Below are positions 31,701-45,256 of a stretch of DNA of 64,000 nucleotides, in pieces. Position 1 is the stretch's first letter, and each line of letters opens with the position of its first letter. The stretch is from positions 33,382-97,381 of the forward strand of contig JBLWGC010000102.1 of the NCBI GenBank assembly GCA_048772705.1, in the 5' to 3' direction. The position numbers and the translations under genes are program-made. The notes under the pieces are model-generated. The model saw only the letters and a list, made by a program, of their open reading frames with translations, did not search any database and was not told the DNA's origin. Origin of the DNA: Leidyana gryllorum EB-2025a. Its lineage: Eukaryota > Protista > Apicomplexa.

Positions 31701-34700
31701 AACTGCAGATGAGGTTTGTTGCAGCTCTTACAGCGCAGGTTTCGGGCCCACCTGATGTGTTGTCAGCAGCTTTCCCTTTATCTGCGCCAGGGTATCAGGA
31801 TGCAACTTGTTCAGTTCTATTGGGGACACTCGACTCAGAATCCATGTCACGGTCTTCTGTATGCGCTCGACCACAATGTCGTCGAAGAACTCGGTCACCA
31901 ATCGGTTCATCCGGATGGGGTCAAACATTTCCTTTGTCATTTGGGAGAAGGCAGTACCCAAGGCTTGGGTTTGGTACATACTCACGGCAGCAATTCGGCT
32001 GGTCCACTCGAGGGTCACGTTGGCGTCATCGCCGTGCTGCAAGTAGAGATTCTTGGGCTCCTCTTGCAGCGCTTGAGATAGATCCTGGGATGCGGGCGTC
32101 GAGCTGCTGTCGTCCGATGAGTCGTGAGCAGCTTTCGGGGAATGCGCCTGGAGATTGAAGCGAACACTCAATCGTTTACTCTCTTCTTTGGACTCCAGGC
32201 TCGGGGGCTCAGGCAGAGCCGGGGCTTCGATGACCGAAATTGTCCCATCAGTCATGATGTCAGAGCCACCCATTGAGGTCACTCCTCTCGACACACTGCC
32301 GACTCCAACACGTTTCTCAACTGGCCTTGGGACCGGCAAGTCATGCCTGATCACCTTGCCACCGAACAGGATGGAAGAGCCAAAGATCGGAGTCAAGATT
32401 CTGTATTCTGACTCCAACACTTTCATAGCAAAGGAGTTGATTTGGCCAACCAACTCGTCTACACGACTGGAGAATGGATGATGAGATAGACTGTTCAAAA
32501 TATGTCACACTGCTTACTCATCCCGATGGCTCTGAGTGGCGTGCCCGTAGATCACGTGCAACTTTCGAGCGTTCAAGTCGGTCTTGAGACGTCTGCGGAT
32601 CTTGGCTTGTTCATCGTCTGATGCTTCGCTGGGGCTCTGAGGGAGGATCCGAATTGGCAAATTGGCGATCATCAATCAGTTCTCACCTGTTCGTCGTCAT
32701 CCTCGGTTTCAGAGTCTGAAGTTTTGGTGTCATTGACCCAGTTTTGTGCTCCGGAGTCCAGACTGCCTCGATCAGAGTCTTCCGTCTCCTCTTCTGTGGA
32801 ACTGATGGTCGGGTCCGTGTCAGCTCGGCTGTCTTGATCATTGAGTCCCCGATGTGTACCATCACTGGACCCGGATGAGCTGCTCTCCTCGTCTGCGCAC
32901 GCAAACAGGGCTGCATAGTCCTGATCTATAACTTTGTATCGCTTATAATACTGATTGAGCTCCATGATGGTCAATCCCAGCACAGGATGGATACGCATTT
33001 TGCTGTCCAACCAGGCGCGGTGCTGCAAGTTGATCCAGGAGCGGCGCACGCCCGGCTTCTGTAGTGCTGTCAGCCAGGCGCGATATTCACGCTCTCGCCA
33101 ACGACCTCTTTGTTTATCATCAAAGTAATTGAATATCATTCCCAGCTTAGTCGCATAAGGCACTGTCTTGGCTGGAAAGAAGAGCGGTGTCAGAATAACA
33201 GCTTTGTGAAATATCTGTCCTGGCCTCAACTCGGTCACCAATTGAGGTCTGCAGACAGGGAGAGAGAGCGTGTGTGCTGTGGTGGGCGACCGTACGTACT
33301 CGTGACCACCAATGACTTCGAGATAACCATTGTAGATGGCAATGGGCTCGTCTATCGACCCGGCTGGAATCAAAGTCGCCAAGTCGTCTTTGAATTCGCC
33401 CTCCAAATCTTCTTGTGATGCCAATCTCGCTGCAATTGCCAAATGCTCCAAGTCGCCTTTGCTCAGTTGCCCCTGTGTATTGACCACAAAGGGTTTGGCC
33501 TTCGGTGTCGACCACAGTGTTAGCCGCCATGCTGCGACTTTGTTGTGAAAGTACGCCGATTGTTTGCTTCGAGCATAGGGCGTCTCCGGTCCACTCGGGT
33601 CCGAAAAGTTCAGATCCACTGGAGACGCAGCGGAGGTCTCCAGCTCGTGGGTTGTGCCATCCAGACCGAAAGCCTGGAACATTTGAGCCGACATCCGGGT
33701 GTGTTGCTCCGCTTCGTGTCCACTCGTGAAGAAGGAAATCCGGTCCAAACCTTTGAATCGTTTGGCCCTCCATCTCCACACCCTAATCGCTTCCCGGATC
33801 CGGTCCCCAGCATCAGCGTTCAGCTCCCGATCTACAGCTTCCCCAGTGAGGTCATGGAAGTCAGCATTCGTAGCATCGAACCATCCATCCAGTGCCAAAC
33901 CCAGCAGCTTCTGCAGATTGGTGTTGACATACGCCCTAACTCTCTCCTGCAGGAGAAGAAAAATGATTGTCCGTATCACTCAGTAAATCTTTACTCACCT
34001 GGGCTGTGTCATAACTTCTGGAAACAGAGTAGACCACGAAGATCACAGCACCAATGACCACCAGCACCGAAAAGTACGCATCACTCCAACAAAGTGCAGT
34101 TGCCAGGAACCACAGGCCAATCGACAGGAATACGGCGACAACGGCAAACATACGTAGCCATCTCGAGATCCATGCGGCTGTTTCTAACCCATACACGAGC
34201 CAACTTGTCTCGAAGTATGGAGTACGATCGCTGATTGCATCCAGTAATACCGATGCAGTAAATTGTAGGATGGCAAAACCAATACCCAAAGCATATAACC
34301 AGGGTATACGGAAAAAGAAGCTGACCCAATTCGGGGCGAACAAGATGTCCATAATGAACCGAGGGTCCACCACTTCCTCCCTTACAGTCTCATCATAAGC
34401 CTGACAAAGGCGGGTGATGCCGTTTTCACACCCAAATGACTCACCACACTCAGATAATTGGAGTAGATAAGCAGTCCAATACCAGCTACATCCGAGACAT
34501 ACGATCCGCACACACGTGTGATCGTTGCCATCGATTGTACAATCAGAGGGAAGACTTCAAATAGGTAGAAACGACGTCTCAGAAACTCATCGTGTTTCCC
34601 AGGACGAAGGAAGATACCGACTTGATTTTCAGCCCCGGTTCCCATCTCGCCACCAGACATCCACATGTACATCTTGGACAATTGTTTGTTCTTCCCGTAA

Positions 34701-37700
34701 CCAGGTATACCCGCGTACTGTCGAGATACTATAGCGGGGAAGTCAGGGCTCGACGTCCAAAAGTAGGGATCTGGATCCAGGAAGACATTCTCCACCACTG
34801 GCACCAATACATTTTGCGCTCTACCAAGATTAGATCGACAAGATGAATCTTGCTTTTGGAGGTCTACTCACTTGATGACAGCCACCGAGGCAACAGTGTC
34901 TTCATTGTCGGTGACAAAGCCGCCAGTGGCGGCCATTGTCATTCTAGCGTTTGTGCTGACCAGACATTGGCCTCGTGTCGCCATCAGGCCTGCGGAGTGT
35001 TCAAATGGCAGCTTTGGACGGATCCCTTCGCAAATTCTGGTCAATTGATTGACAACAGTCAAACCGTGAGCGGCCAGACTCTGGCGCGAGAGTTGTACCA
35101 TTGGCAATTGGGCGCTTCGACAAAATGCGGCGTAAGTCAATTCCATTTCCGCCAGGGTCAAGGCTCGGGTGACAAAGAAAGAGTGGCTTTGGGCGAGAAC
35201 TTCTACGGGTGTCAAAGGATTTCGTGGACGATCTGTCAGAATCAGACGAACGAGGCGACTTATGGTCTTTTCATCGAACGGTGCATCCACCGGCCAACTG
35301 TAGGCTCCTGTGTTCTGGATAGGCTTGCCATCGTGGATTGCCATAAGCCACTGATTGGTCAGATCGTCGACCAAATGCATATATATGTTATCGGGTTTGG
35401 CTGCACTGGGTGGCCAGAACCATCGGATAACAGCGTCAGAGCCGTGACAGAAATATGCGCCAGCCACATCTACAGACACACACACAGACACATATGAAGG
35501 CGCTCGCTCCTCTCTGCCTCTCTCACCTCGAATGAAACATGGCTGGTTGGTTTCTGTCTGGAAAGCTCTGCTTTCGCCGGGCGGCCGATGATCGTGATCG
35601 ATAGAGGGGAATTCGTGTTTGATGAAAGGCTGTCATTGAGGGTTGTGAAGTATCGCTCGCGTCTTTGGCAGCCTACCTTCAATGGGGAACAGTCAAGTTT
35701 CAGCTCCAATTTTCCCCACGGTTCTCCGGTGACCGCACTGTTCAAGGACACCTTAATGGTCAAATAAGGATAGCCTTCGTCTTCGACCCTTCCGAGATCG
35801 GTTCGGTAACAACTAGCTAGATGGTGGGTGGCGGCCAATTGTATTCCATCGATTGGCACCGACCCTTGGCCCAGAGTTCTTCCGACGATGGGCGCTGTGA
35901 TTTCGACGCTAAAGTTCTTCTCGCTGCCCCGCATCATCCACAGAGACAAAGTCATTTCTTTCCCTTTGTCTTTCACAACGTATACATTGGCTCCCTCCTC
36001 CAAGGGCTCTGCGGTGGGATCGAGAACCACACTGCTCTGCAGCCAAGCAGAAACTCCAGCGATATCTGTGACTCGGCGAGCTTTCAGCGAGTCAGATCCG
36101 ATGTACAGAGCAACATTCAGTTCCTCCACCAACTCATGGGGCAGCGTCTCTGTGGCACCAAGTCCCATCAACCGGTCTCTGTCCTCTAACGGACTCATAT
36201 GAGTGTTCCGTTGCAACACATGCAGTTGGAGACCCGCAAATCTGAGAGAGACATTCCAGTGACCGGAAGCTCTTTCAACTTACGTCAGCTCCCAGATCGA
36301 AGGGGGGTTTAAGACTGCGTACTTCAAGAGGAACAATGACAGACTGTTGGGAATGCTCTCCCGCAATCTGCGAACTGTGCGGAGACGTGTCAGCCAGTCG
36401 AGATGAGTAACACACACACTCACCAACAAGAGTTGGGATGCGAAGCATTCGGAAAGTGGTTCCCAAACAAGTCTCTGGAGACCAGTCAGATTCTTGTAGG
36501 ATTCGGCCGCTATGGTTCATTGCAAGCAGTTTGACTCTGTACCGTCGATCGTGACGTATCATCCACTTTTGCTGGACGACGTCGGGCTGAATAATAGAGA
36601 GTCCCTCAATGATTGCGAGTTCTCATTCGACCCCCACCACTCACCGCGAAGGGATTTCCAGCTGGATATGGATGCCGATAGGGAATCATCAATTCGTGTT
36701 GTATACCACTAAAGGCAGACACACTCTTGACCGCGTTCTTAAAGTCGACGACGAATAGTGTGAGTCCGATAACTCGACTGGAATCGGCAGTGCCAACAGT
36801 GGAGAGGTCAGCAGCAATCGGATCTGCTCGTTGGAGTTGCCGAGCATCACGTTCATGATTGTCAATATGGTGGTCACTGGCATGACTCAAGGCTCCCTCG
36901 CGATGCCAATCCACTTCTTGAATTTGAATTCCCAAACGAGAGAATCGGAGCTGCCTGGGCGACCATCTCACCCGGAAGAATCGTTGAGGGATAGTTTCGT
37001 ATCGAGTAACACCAATGTGCCAATTCTCGGTTGGGGCAGCGAAGTCATTGTCCAGACGATAACTGGCGTCCATATCCAGAGCCGCTTCGTTGTCCAGGGG
37101 CTCCAACAGCTCTGTCTCGAGTCTATTGAAGACTTTTCGACAGATCAAAAAGGCTCCCAGGAGTGACGCGATGGCGTTGACAGCAACTGTCGCTTGGAAC
37201 GACGCCTTGAAACGGGCCCACTTGATGGGCTCTATGACCACAGCGTCTCTATGGATGTCGAAAAAGTATTGTTGGACTGAACGTCCGAAGCCCGGACGAC
37301 CCTCGAGAGTGCGCTGGTCAGTCGATCGCCATAATGGGTAAATCGAATTCTCATGAATTGTTGTGAATGCGGACCAGAATGCCCGGAATTGTTTCTGCAT
37401 AATCTGTGCCGGACATCGGGCCCCAACATATGTATTGTTGAGGAAACGTCCCGGCAAAGTATCTCTGCATTCCAAACAATAGCCTCACTCAGCGCCCGAT
37501 CAACTCTCCTGATCACTCACCCAAACAGGAAACGCATCTTAGACTTCTCTTTGTCCTCCTCATCCTCAGGGAGATCAGACAAGTCGTCCTCCAATACCAC
37601 TGGAGCAAAGCTTTCCCTTGGTTTACGCTCGTCGAGTGCGGCTAAGGTACGTCGACGACGGCGAGTATCAGTGAGCAGCCCCATGTCGTCTTTCTGAAGC

Positions 37701-39316
37701 AACAGCGCGCTCGTATCTTTCACGGAAGAGCCGTGGACATCGTCCCAAGAGCAATGAAGACCCATCATATGCAACTGTAACTCAACATGGTCAGGAGTCA
37801 GCAGTCCAGCTGACGTGAGCATAAAGAGGTCCAGACACTCTATAAAAGCAGCAGATGAGACAAATCGCCAGTAGCCTTTAGGTAACGACCATCCGGAAAC
37901 GTGCACGGACGCGATCCAGTTGCCATTAGACTCCTGATCAATCCATTTTTTAAGCTTTCTGATACGGGAGGACGACGACCCGGTGAAAGTGGGGTTCTCT
38001 TGTTTATGTCCAGCCCACGTGAGAAAGTCAATTTCCTGAAGGTCGGCATCCTTTCGATGCGCAACCCCATAAATCGGTGCTTCAAGGGGGTCAAATTTAA
38101 CAGATACAGATTGAGTCCCACAACGCTCTTCCGGCTCCAAGTCAGCGACCGCATGAACATCACTCATCAAATCCACATGACTATATACAGATACCGAGCC
38201 ATCTGCCCTGTACAAAGCGCTGTCAGCATTGCTGAACGGAATGTCGATGGTGAGGGGATGGCACGAATACACGAATACCGGAGCACTGGTGGACTCGATG
38301 TTAACCACCGGGTGCCGACCAGACTCTGTGTCTTCCATAATACCGAGATGTACACTGCCATCACCAATTTTCATGTGTATCTCTGGCGCAACAGCATTGC
38401 TCAAGGACACTGAGCCGTGGAATAATTGTACATCCAACTTTTGTCGGGCTCGAAGGGGAGCAGTCGCGCCGAATTCTACATAGTAGTCATCTGCTTCGTA
38501 CTCTACATTGATCTCTCGGAAGATTGTTTCCGGAGCAACACGTAAACGCACAGAACATTGGAAGTATTTGGAAGCCCACGCTGCCAATAAACGGACTGTC
38601 AGCGTGTTGTTCACCGTAGATACCACTGAAAAGTGAGAATGAGCGTTAATGCCACGCACACAGCTGGAGACACACACTCACTTGTTGACGTCACAGACCG
38701 GAACAAGAAGCCTCTATTCATTGCCATGAGCCACGTAGTAATATGCAGAGTCGCAGGAGCGCCAGGCAGAGCCTCTTCAACATACATATTGCAGTTGCGC
38801 AGAAGCAAATTGAGATTCTCGTGGCTCGGTGGGTCAATGGTGATGACTTTGTCATACTTTAATCTGTGTGGATAGTGAGAAGCAGATGGACTCGATGACG
38901 TCTTGAGACGCTTACGCTTCGCAAACAATGTATATAAGGAGGCCACAGAAGATGTATGAGACTCCCAGACCCAATATGATGCGCCAGTCCGCTATGCATG
39001 TGACAGCGGAGATGGGGATACCTGGGCAAGACGTGACGGCTTCACATTTGAGGCTGGCAACATCTGAAGCTGCTGACAATGGAGTTTGATCAACTTCTCC
39101 AGTGTGTTTGCGCTGAACCTAGTAGTGCAAGTTTTTGGGTGGGGCTTGATTGATCTACGTACGCTGTGATCTGATTGTTGGGAGAAGAATCCCGATGACT
39201 GGACTATTTGATAGAACGAAACCCGATCTACTATTAGGGCTTACCCGGTCACCCAGTGTGTAGGAAGGGGATCCAGGTCTCAATAAAGGAGCAGACTCCT
39301 CCCCTCTTGACCTCAT
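28770..39316 (-). CDS. Giant (~3000+ aa) multi-exon, multi-pass membrane protein with EF-hand(s) and FN3-, Kre9-, adhesin- and He_PIG-like segments
   Basis: Unbroken chain of about 16 minus-strand ORFs separated by short GT-AG gaps. Canonical EF-hand DINQDKTLDLAE; FN3-like RYRVKLLAMNHSG..SDWS; Kre9-like IQNTGAYSWPV; He_PIG-like GLHFDPVTGIISG; several TM clusters. That it is a single gene is inferred. Confidence 0.6.
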
Positions 39317-39355
39317 CAAACCCTAAAAGCACGAAATTCCATAAAATAAAAGACG

Positions 39356-40307
39356 ATGGGCAGAAAGAAGAGGAAGGGACTTGAATTGAAACCATTCTGC
39401 TATTATTGTGACCGAGAGTTCGATGATGAGAAGGTGCTCCTTCTTCATCAGAAAGCCAAACACTTCAAGTGTCCGCAATGCAACCGGAAGCTCGATACAG
39501 CAACTGGACTGGTTGTCCACCTGTTGCAGGTGCACAAAGAGTCTCTGACTAAAGTCCCCAATGCAAAGAAGGATAGAGAAGGGCCGGAGTTAGTTATCCA
39601 CGGCATGTCTGGTGTACCTCCTGAGATTCTGCTCGAAAAACAGCGGAAACTCGCTGAAGAACGAGGGATTTCGAAGCCCGCCAGAGGAGCCCACACTGTC
39701 TTTGGCTCAGGACTCTTTGCTGGAGTTCCAAGTCTTCAAGGCCTCCCCTTTCCACGTAAGACGACCTCCCTGTGGGCAGCTCTCAATTTGTATGTGTGCA
39801 GCGGATATGGTGACCATGATGCCTCAATTGATGGGACCTCAATGGGGAGGATTGGGTGGCGCGAACCCTGCGGCCGCCTTGAATCCCATGTCTGTTATCC
39901 CAGGCGTCAACAATGCTTTGCTAGAGTCAATGCTGTCCGGTTCGACCATCAACATGCCTGACCAGACCATGGGGGGCTTGGCCGGGGACGCTGCGACAGC
40001 CGCAGCCGCTGGTCTGCTGCCCGGCAGATTAGGAGCGGCTGGGGGTCCAACGATATTACAGCAACCCGGTGGAGGTTTCGGTGGCGGATTTGGAGTGGAA
40101 GCAGCACCATTGCGTCAGCAACTGGCGGGCAATACGAGTCTAATTAACCTGCTTCCCAGTCCCCTAAGTACGGAGAAAGTAACGGCCGCAAAACCTCCCA
40201 ATGGTGTCTTGGTCTACGATGATGACTTGGTCTCAATGGAGGAGAAACGAGCGGCACTCCCAAAATATAATTATAGATTACCCCTTGTCATAGCTCCATT
40301 GGGTTAG
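39356..40307 (+). CDS. ZNF207: BUB3-interacting GLEBS zinc-finger protein (ZNF207/BuGZ)
   Basis: MGRKK..KPFCYYCDREFDDEKVLLLHQKAKHFKC..LVVHLLQVHKE; C-terminal LVYDDDLVSMEEKRAALPKY; intron 39756-39801 (301 aa). Confidence 0.95.
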
Positions 40308-40357
40308 GTAGTTCCATCCACAACGTACACGAACAAAAGCTCAAACAAACCCCCTTT

Positions 40358-43300
40358 CTATACCCTTCTCGCTGCAAATACTGGAGAATGAGACCGTTTC
40401 TTGGCCACATTCCACACTGGGGCCTTTGGCATGGAACTAGACACCGATCTTCCCTTTCGACGCTTGTTCTTCTTCATTCCAACACAAGTCGACGACTTCT
40501 TGGACACAGAAGCTGCATCCGAAGCACACCCAGCGGCTTGCGCCAAACGGGCTAATTGCTCTGCCGGGTGAAGCAGTGACAGTGTAGCTGCCGGCTGACT
40601 GCTAACACCGGGACCACCACCCGGAGCCTCCTGCAACTGCTGAAGTTGGCTCTTCAATTGCTGTAATTGAGAAGTCAGATATTGCAGGTGCACTTCCTCC
40701 GAAGTCAAAGAGCTGCTGCAGTCGGAATCCTCAACCAGGTCCCGGATCAACTCATTTGGGACTCTGTGGTGGACCCCCATCGACTGCATCATCCCTATCG
40801 GCTTGTAAGAAGGAGCGATTCCGTGCATATGACCCAAACTTTCTCGTAAAGAGGAAGCGACACTCTGTTGCCTCATGGCCTCTGCCGCTAATGTATTGAA
40901 ATTCATCGCATTGATTGATCCCAGTGTCTTCATGTCAGGCTCAGTTCCGCTCAGTGGCACAATAGCGTGTGTCTGGGGACCAATCCCGCCTCCAACACTC
41001 ATCTCGCTCCCCAATCCGGCGCTCGCCGCTGCATAACTCGGCAGCATTGGCATCACATTCGCCAACGATGCCGTCGGCAACGGCATACCGCCCATTGCCA
41101 TAGGCGGCGTTGCCGCCATCGACATCGAGGATTTCTCCGTAAGCATACTTCCAGCCACCTCTCCAACCAGAGCCGAAGCTGTGGCTAGTGACGGCCCTCC
41201 CATTGATAAAGTGGGAGACGCCATAGTCTGTCTAACTGTGCTGAAGTCAGGCTTGGGCTCCACCAAATATGTCCCTGGCCCAGTAGTCAGCGCGATCATA
41301 CCAACGCCATCCACCTTGCAGTATCCCTTCTGAGAAATTGCTACCTTCTCAGGAGGAGCGAACCTGAAGATGTCAGTGCTATTGTCAAGACCCAATGTTG
41401 GATTCAACGTCTTGATCAAAGTATTGTACTGCTCATCAGGTATCAAATGCTGCATGATCTCGCGATGACGGGTATTAAGTTCGGAGAAGACCAGTGGTCG
41501 GCGTACGACCATCGGCACAAAGACATCTTGAGGCACTGGAACAAAGTTGTACACCTTGCATTGTACATCAATATATCCATCTGCATCAGTGGGAGCTGCT
41601 TCCGTAACTCGTGGCCAGAATGATTGCACCACCACAGTCGGTATCTTCTGATCGATGTATCGGGGCACAATAACAACGCGCTCCTGCACAAACTTCTTCT
41701 CCACATACACTGTTTGGCCAGGTACTTCCTTGACTTCTTCGCGAGTGATTGGCACAATCACAGGTTTATAGACCACTTGTTCAACCGGCCTCTCAACCAC
41801 CTGCCAGCAAGATATTCATAATTCAAAAGCACGATTGGCTCAGAACCCATAGGGGTTCCCTGGTTGCCACACGCACACGTGTTCGAGACGGCACGAACAC
41901 TCACCTCTTTGACCGGAACGTGCACGATCTTCTCCTCTATCTTCTCCACAACTTTGCTGACAATCACTTCTTGAACTTGAGGTACTTCCACCACCTTCTG
42001 GACCTCGACAATTTGCGGAACTTTCTTCTCCACAATTGTTTCTCTAACTTCCTTCTTGGGAACTCGAGTAGTCTTCTCCTCATGGACAGGTACTTCAACT
42101 CGTTTGATCACGTACTCTCCCAGCTCATCCCGGCCCACATTCTCAGCCCCGAAGCGAGCAGCCAGGCTGAAAGTGCCCGTTTCCTCACTTATGACGGTCT
42201 GGCCGACGACTCTTTCTTGGACGACACGTTCTGTTGCAGTCTGATACAAAGGCGAATTGGCTGCGGGATTTGGGGACCGAGTGGCTTACAGAAACGAAAC
42301 GTTGGCTTTCAAGGCCCTCAGTCTGCCAGAGACGTCGCTCAGTAGATCGGCGTTGTGCACCTGGTGGTACAGAGATACTACGGACGGTGGACCCTTCAAG
42401 ATTGATCTGATGGGTGCTACGCTGGCGGCCTTCGGTAGAGAGTAGGACTTCAGGGACATTGATGACACCTGGACGAGATGGAGGAGGCACGGAGACACTT
42501 CGCTGCCGGGTGGGATAGAAGTATGTGGGAGGGGGGTGTTGGAGGTTCATCTGTGGAGGAGCCTGGACAAAAATTCTTCTCAAGAAGGAAATGGGATCAC
42601 TCACGTCAGCACGTTCAATAAAAGTTTGACTCTGACTGGTCACATTGACCTGCTCACTCTCAATACGCTCCGCGTGGTGGACACCACCGGTAACAGTAGT
42701 ATTGATCACGTTGACCTTTTGTTGATGAGCATACTCAGCCATCTGTGGGATCGACATTGTGCCAACGGACTCTGCAGTCTCGTGGACCACTGTTGGCCCC
42801 ATCTCCCGAGGAGTGATGTGAACGTTGTGGGCGAGGTTTGCTTGAGGAGAGACAAACGCCTGGCTGATCCCGGTTGTCATATGAGGTTTGTTGGCGGTGG
42901 CGGCAGGCAGCATGACAGTGGAAGAGGAAGCCGGTTGAGGAATAGGTGCAGTCCTGTGCACCGCCCCACTGATGATCGAAGCAGTGAGTTGGACCTCAGA
43001 AGAGGTAGTGGTAGTCCCATCTGGTAGGGGGATGAGAGGAACTGCCGTGGACACCACCCCTTCCGCGTTACCCGACTGATGAGCGGAGAACTCTACCGTC
43101 CGATGTGAGAGCGACGATTCTTGAATCTGGTGAGTCTGAACAGTAGTAGTCTCTGCCACCATGGAAGAAGAAGAAGGCCCCTGGGTAACAACAGCATGGG
43201 GAGGGAGCGTCAATGGTGGAGGCGGGGTCTGATGGTCAGCCATCAGGGGCATTTGGGCTGAATCCGGAGTCCCTTCGAGCTCCGCGCCGCCACTGATGGG

Positions 43301-45199
43301 AACGATGCATTCGGTGGATGATGCCAAGACATAGTTGTTGGGGGGTTGTTGCAGCATCGGCACCATTCCGGTTTGGGGGGTGGTTTGCGGCCCAGGGGCA
43401 GGTGTGGAAGATATAACACCAATCGATACAGAGTCGCCACTAAGTTTGCCCTCGTTTGTGATCTGAACAATCTCGTGTCCTTCCACCTGCACTTGTTGGC
43501 GGAAACTGTTTTGAGCGCTCGATCCCGACTCGGTTTGGGTATGGACGACTTGTTGTAGAGACGACTGGTGTTGGTGTTGTTCCTGGACGACTTGTTGTAG
43601 AGACGACTGGTGTTGGTGTTGTTCCTGGACGACTTGTTGTAGAGACGACTGGTGTTGGTGTTGTTCCTGGACGACTTGTTGTAGAGACGACTGGTGTTGG
43701 TGTTGTTCCTGGACGCATTTGGAGGAGGAAAGGTTGGATTGCTGAGAGTGTGGCGACTCTGGTGGGGTCGTCACAACCTGTTGAGGGGTAGTGGAGTGTT
43801 CAGAATTGGTCATTGGCGCCGACGGCAACGGCGGGGCTTGAGTTTGCGGCAGCCCGGTGATTGGTGCAGGAACTTGTTGTTGTGATTGAGTGGTTTGTGG
43901 CTGTAACTGGCCGGCTTGTTGTGACTGGACGAGCTCGGGTTGGTGCTGAGCAGCGGGTTTTTGTTGGGGGAGGAGGTGTGTCGACACGACTTGTTGGACT
44001 TGTTGAGGTTGTGACAGGACGCCGGTCAATAGAGAAGGCGATTCTGTCACGCTGGCAGTGGTATGGACTTGAATATGCGTCGGTTGGTGGGCTGCAATGG
44101 AGGAGGCCGCTGCGGAGGAGACAACCTGAGGCTGTTGGGGGTTGGAGACGGTGTTCTCCTGTTGCCATTTGGGGCTCGATAGATTGGCATTGTCTGTCGC
44201 AGCGAACAGCCAATGATTGCGATCGAGGTTCCCAGGCATTTGAAGCGGCTTGCCTTTGGACAAAAGTTGTCCAGGAGCAGGTGTATCAGCCACAGTGGTT
44301 AAGACTGTACTTCGTTGGGGATGTGAAGGCTCAATGAAGCGGAGGTCGGAAGTAGTAGTGGTCATACGGGTTTCACCACCGGCTTGAACGACCATATTAC
44401 CGACACCACAGAGCCAAGGCTTGTTGTTATCTTGTTGAACATTGAAAGGGGCATTGACGGTGGTAGCAACCAGTGAGGCCGTCTCAGACATCGGTTCCGT
44501 CCCACCGCCCATATATGTTGCCTCGGTTGTGAACTGCTGTTGCTGTTTCAATTGCTCTTCTTCCAAATGCTGGATGAGTTCACGTTGCTGAACAATGAAT
44601 TCGTGTGCTTGCGCGCGCAGCGGGTCCATCTCGGGATCTGGCAGCGGGAAGGTGGAAGGAACAGTAAATGACGTAGGCCCGCCAGTGGCAGTCGCCGGGT
44701 CCTCAGTTGTCGTCGGGGCGACCGATTCCATTATAGATTGCTCTTCAACTGTTCGTTCAGTCGACATCGGCGGCAGATCTTCGGTACCCTCACGCTCCAT
44801 TGTCACTTCTCTGATCACTTCTTCATCTTCAATGACGGGATTCAGGTGCGCAGGTGCCTCAAAATTATGAGAGTGGCTAACCTCATTACATCCGCAACAC
44901 GCCTGACGAGGTTTCACGCGATCCCGGAGCGCCATTCGACGTGATACGGCTTCTTCTGCCGCCGCAGATATCTGAGACATTCCGTCTTCTGTTCCCAAAG
45001 GTACCCCGATATCGAACTTTGGGCGGGCTACTGGCCCGAAACATCCCGGTGTGCGACCTCGTCGGGGGGTCTCAGTAGGTACCACCATTGAAGACGAGGT
45101 CGTACTGCCGTTACCACGGCGCTTACGATGACGTTTAACACCAACGCCGATCGATCCCGGCGAACTACGACGTTGCGTCGACACACTTTGGCTGTCCAT
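40358..45199 (-). CDS. Alveolin / inner-membrane-complex (IMCp) protein with long low-complexity N-terminus
   Basis: Exons 45199-42290, 42240-41905 and 41800-40358 join in frame (1562 aa). V/P/E/K-rich repeats: IVEKKVPQIVEVQKVVEVPQVQEV, EEKIVHVPVKE, QERVVIVPRY. Confidence 0.85.
43542..43715. repeat. Coding tandem repeat, 4 perfect copies of 42 nt (VQEQHQHQSSLQQV)
   Basis: tggacgacttgttgtagagacgactggtgttggtgttgttcc x4, plus a partial copy. Confidence 0.95.
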
Positions 45200-45256
45200 C
45201 GCCAAAAAAGCTATGTAGGTAGATCTGAATTTCCCCGAGTATACAAAAAAAAATCT

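Noticed and set aside
43542-43715. Direct repeats resembling a CRISPR array
   Set aside because: No spacers; it is an in-frame coding repeat in a eukaryotic gene.
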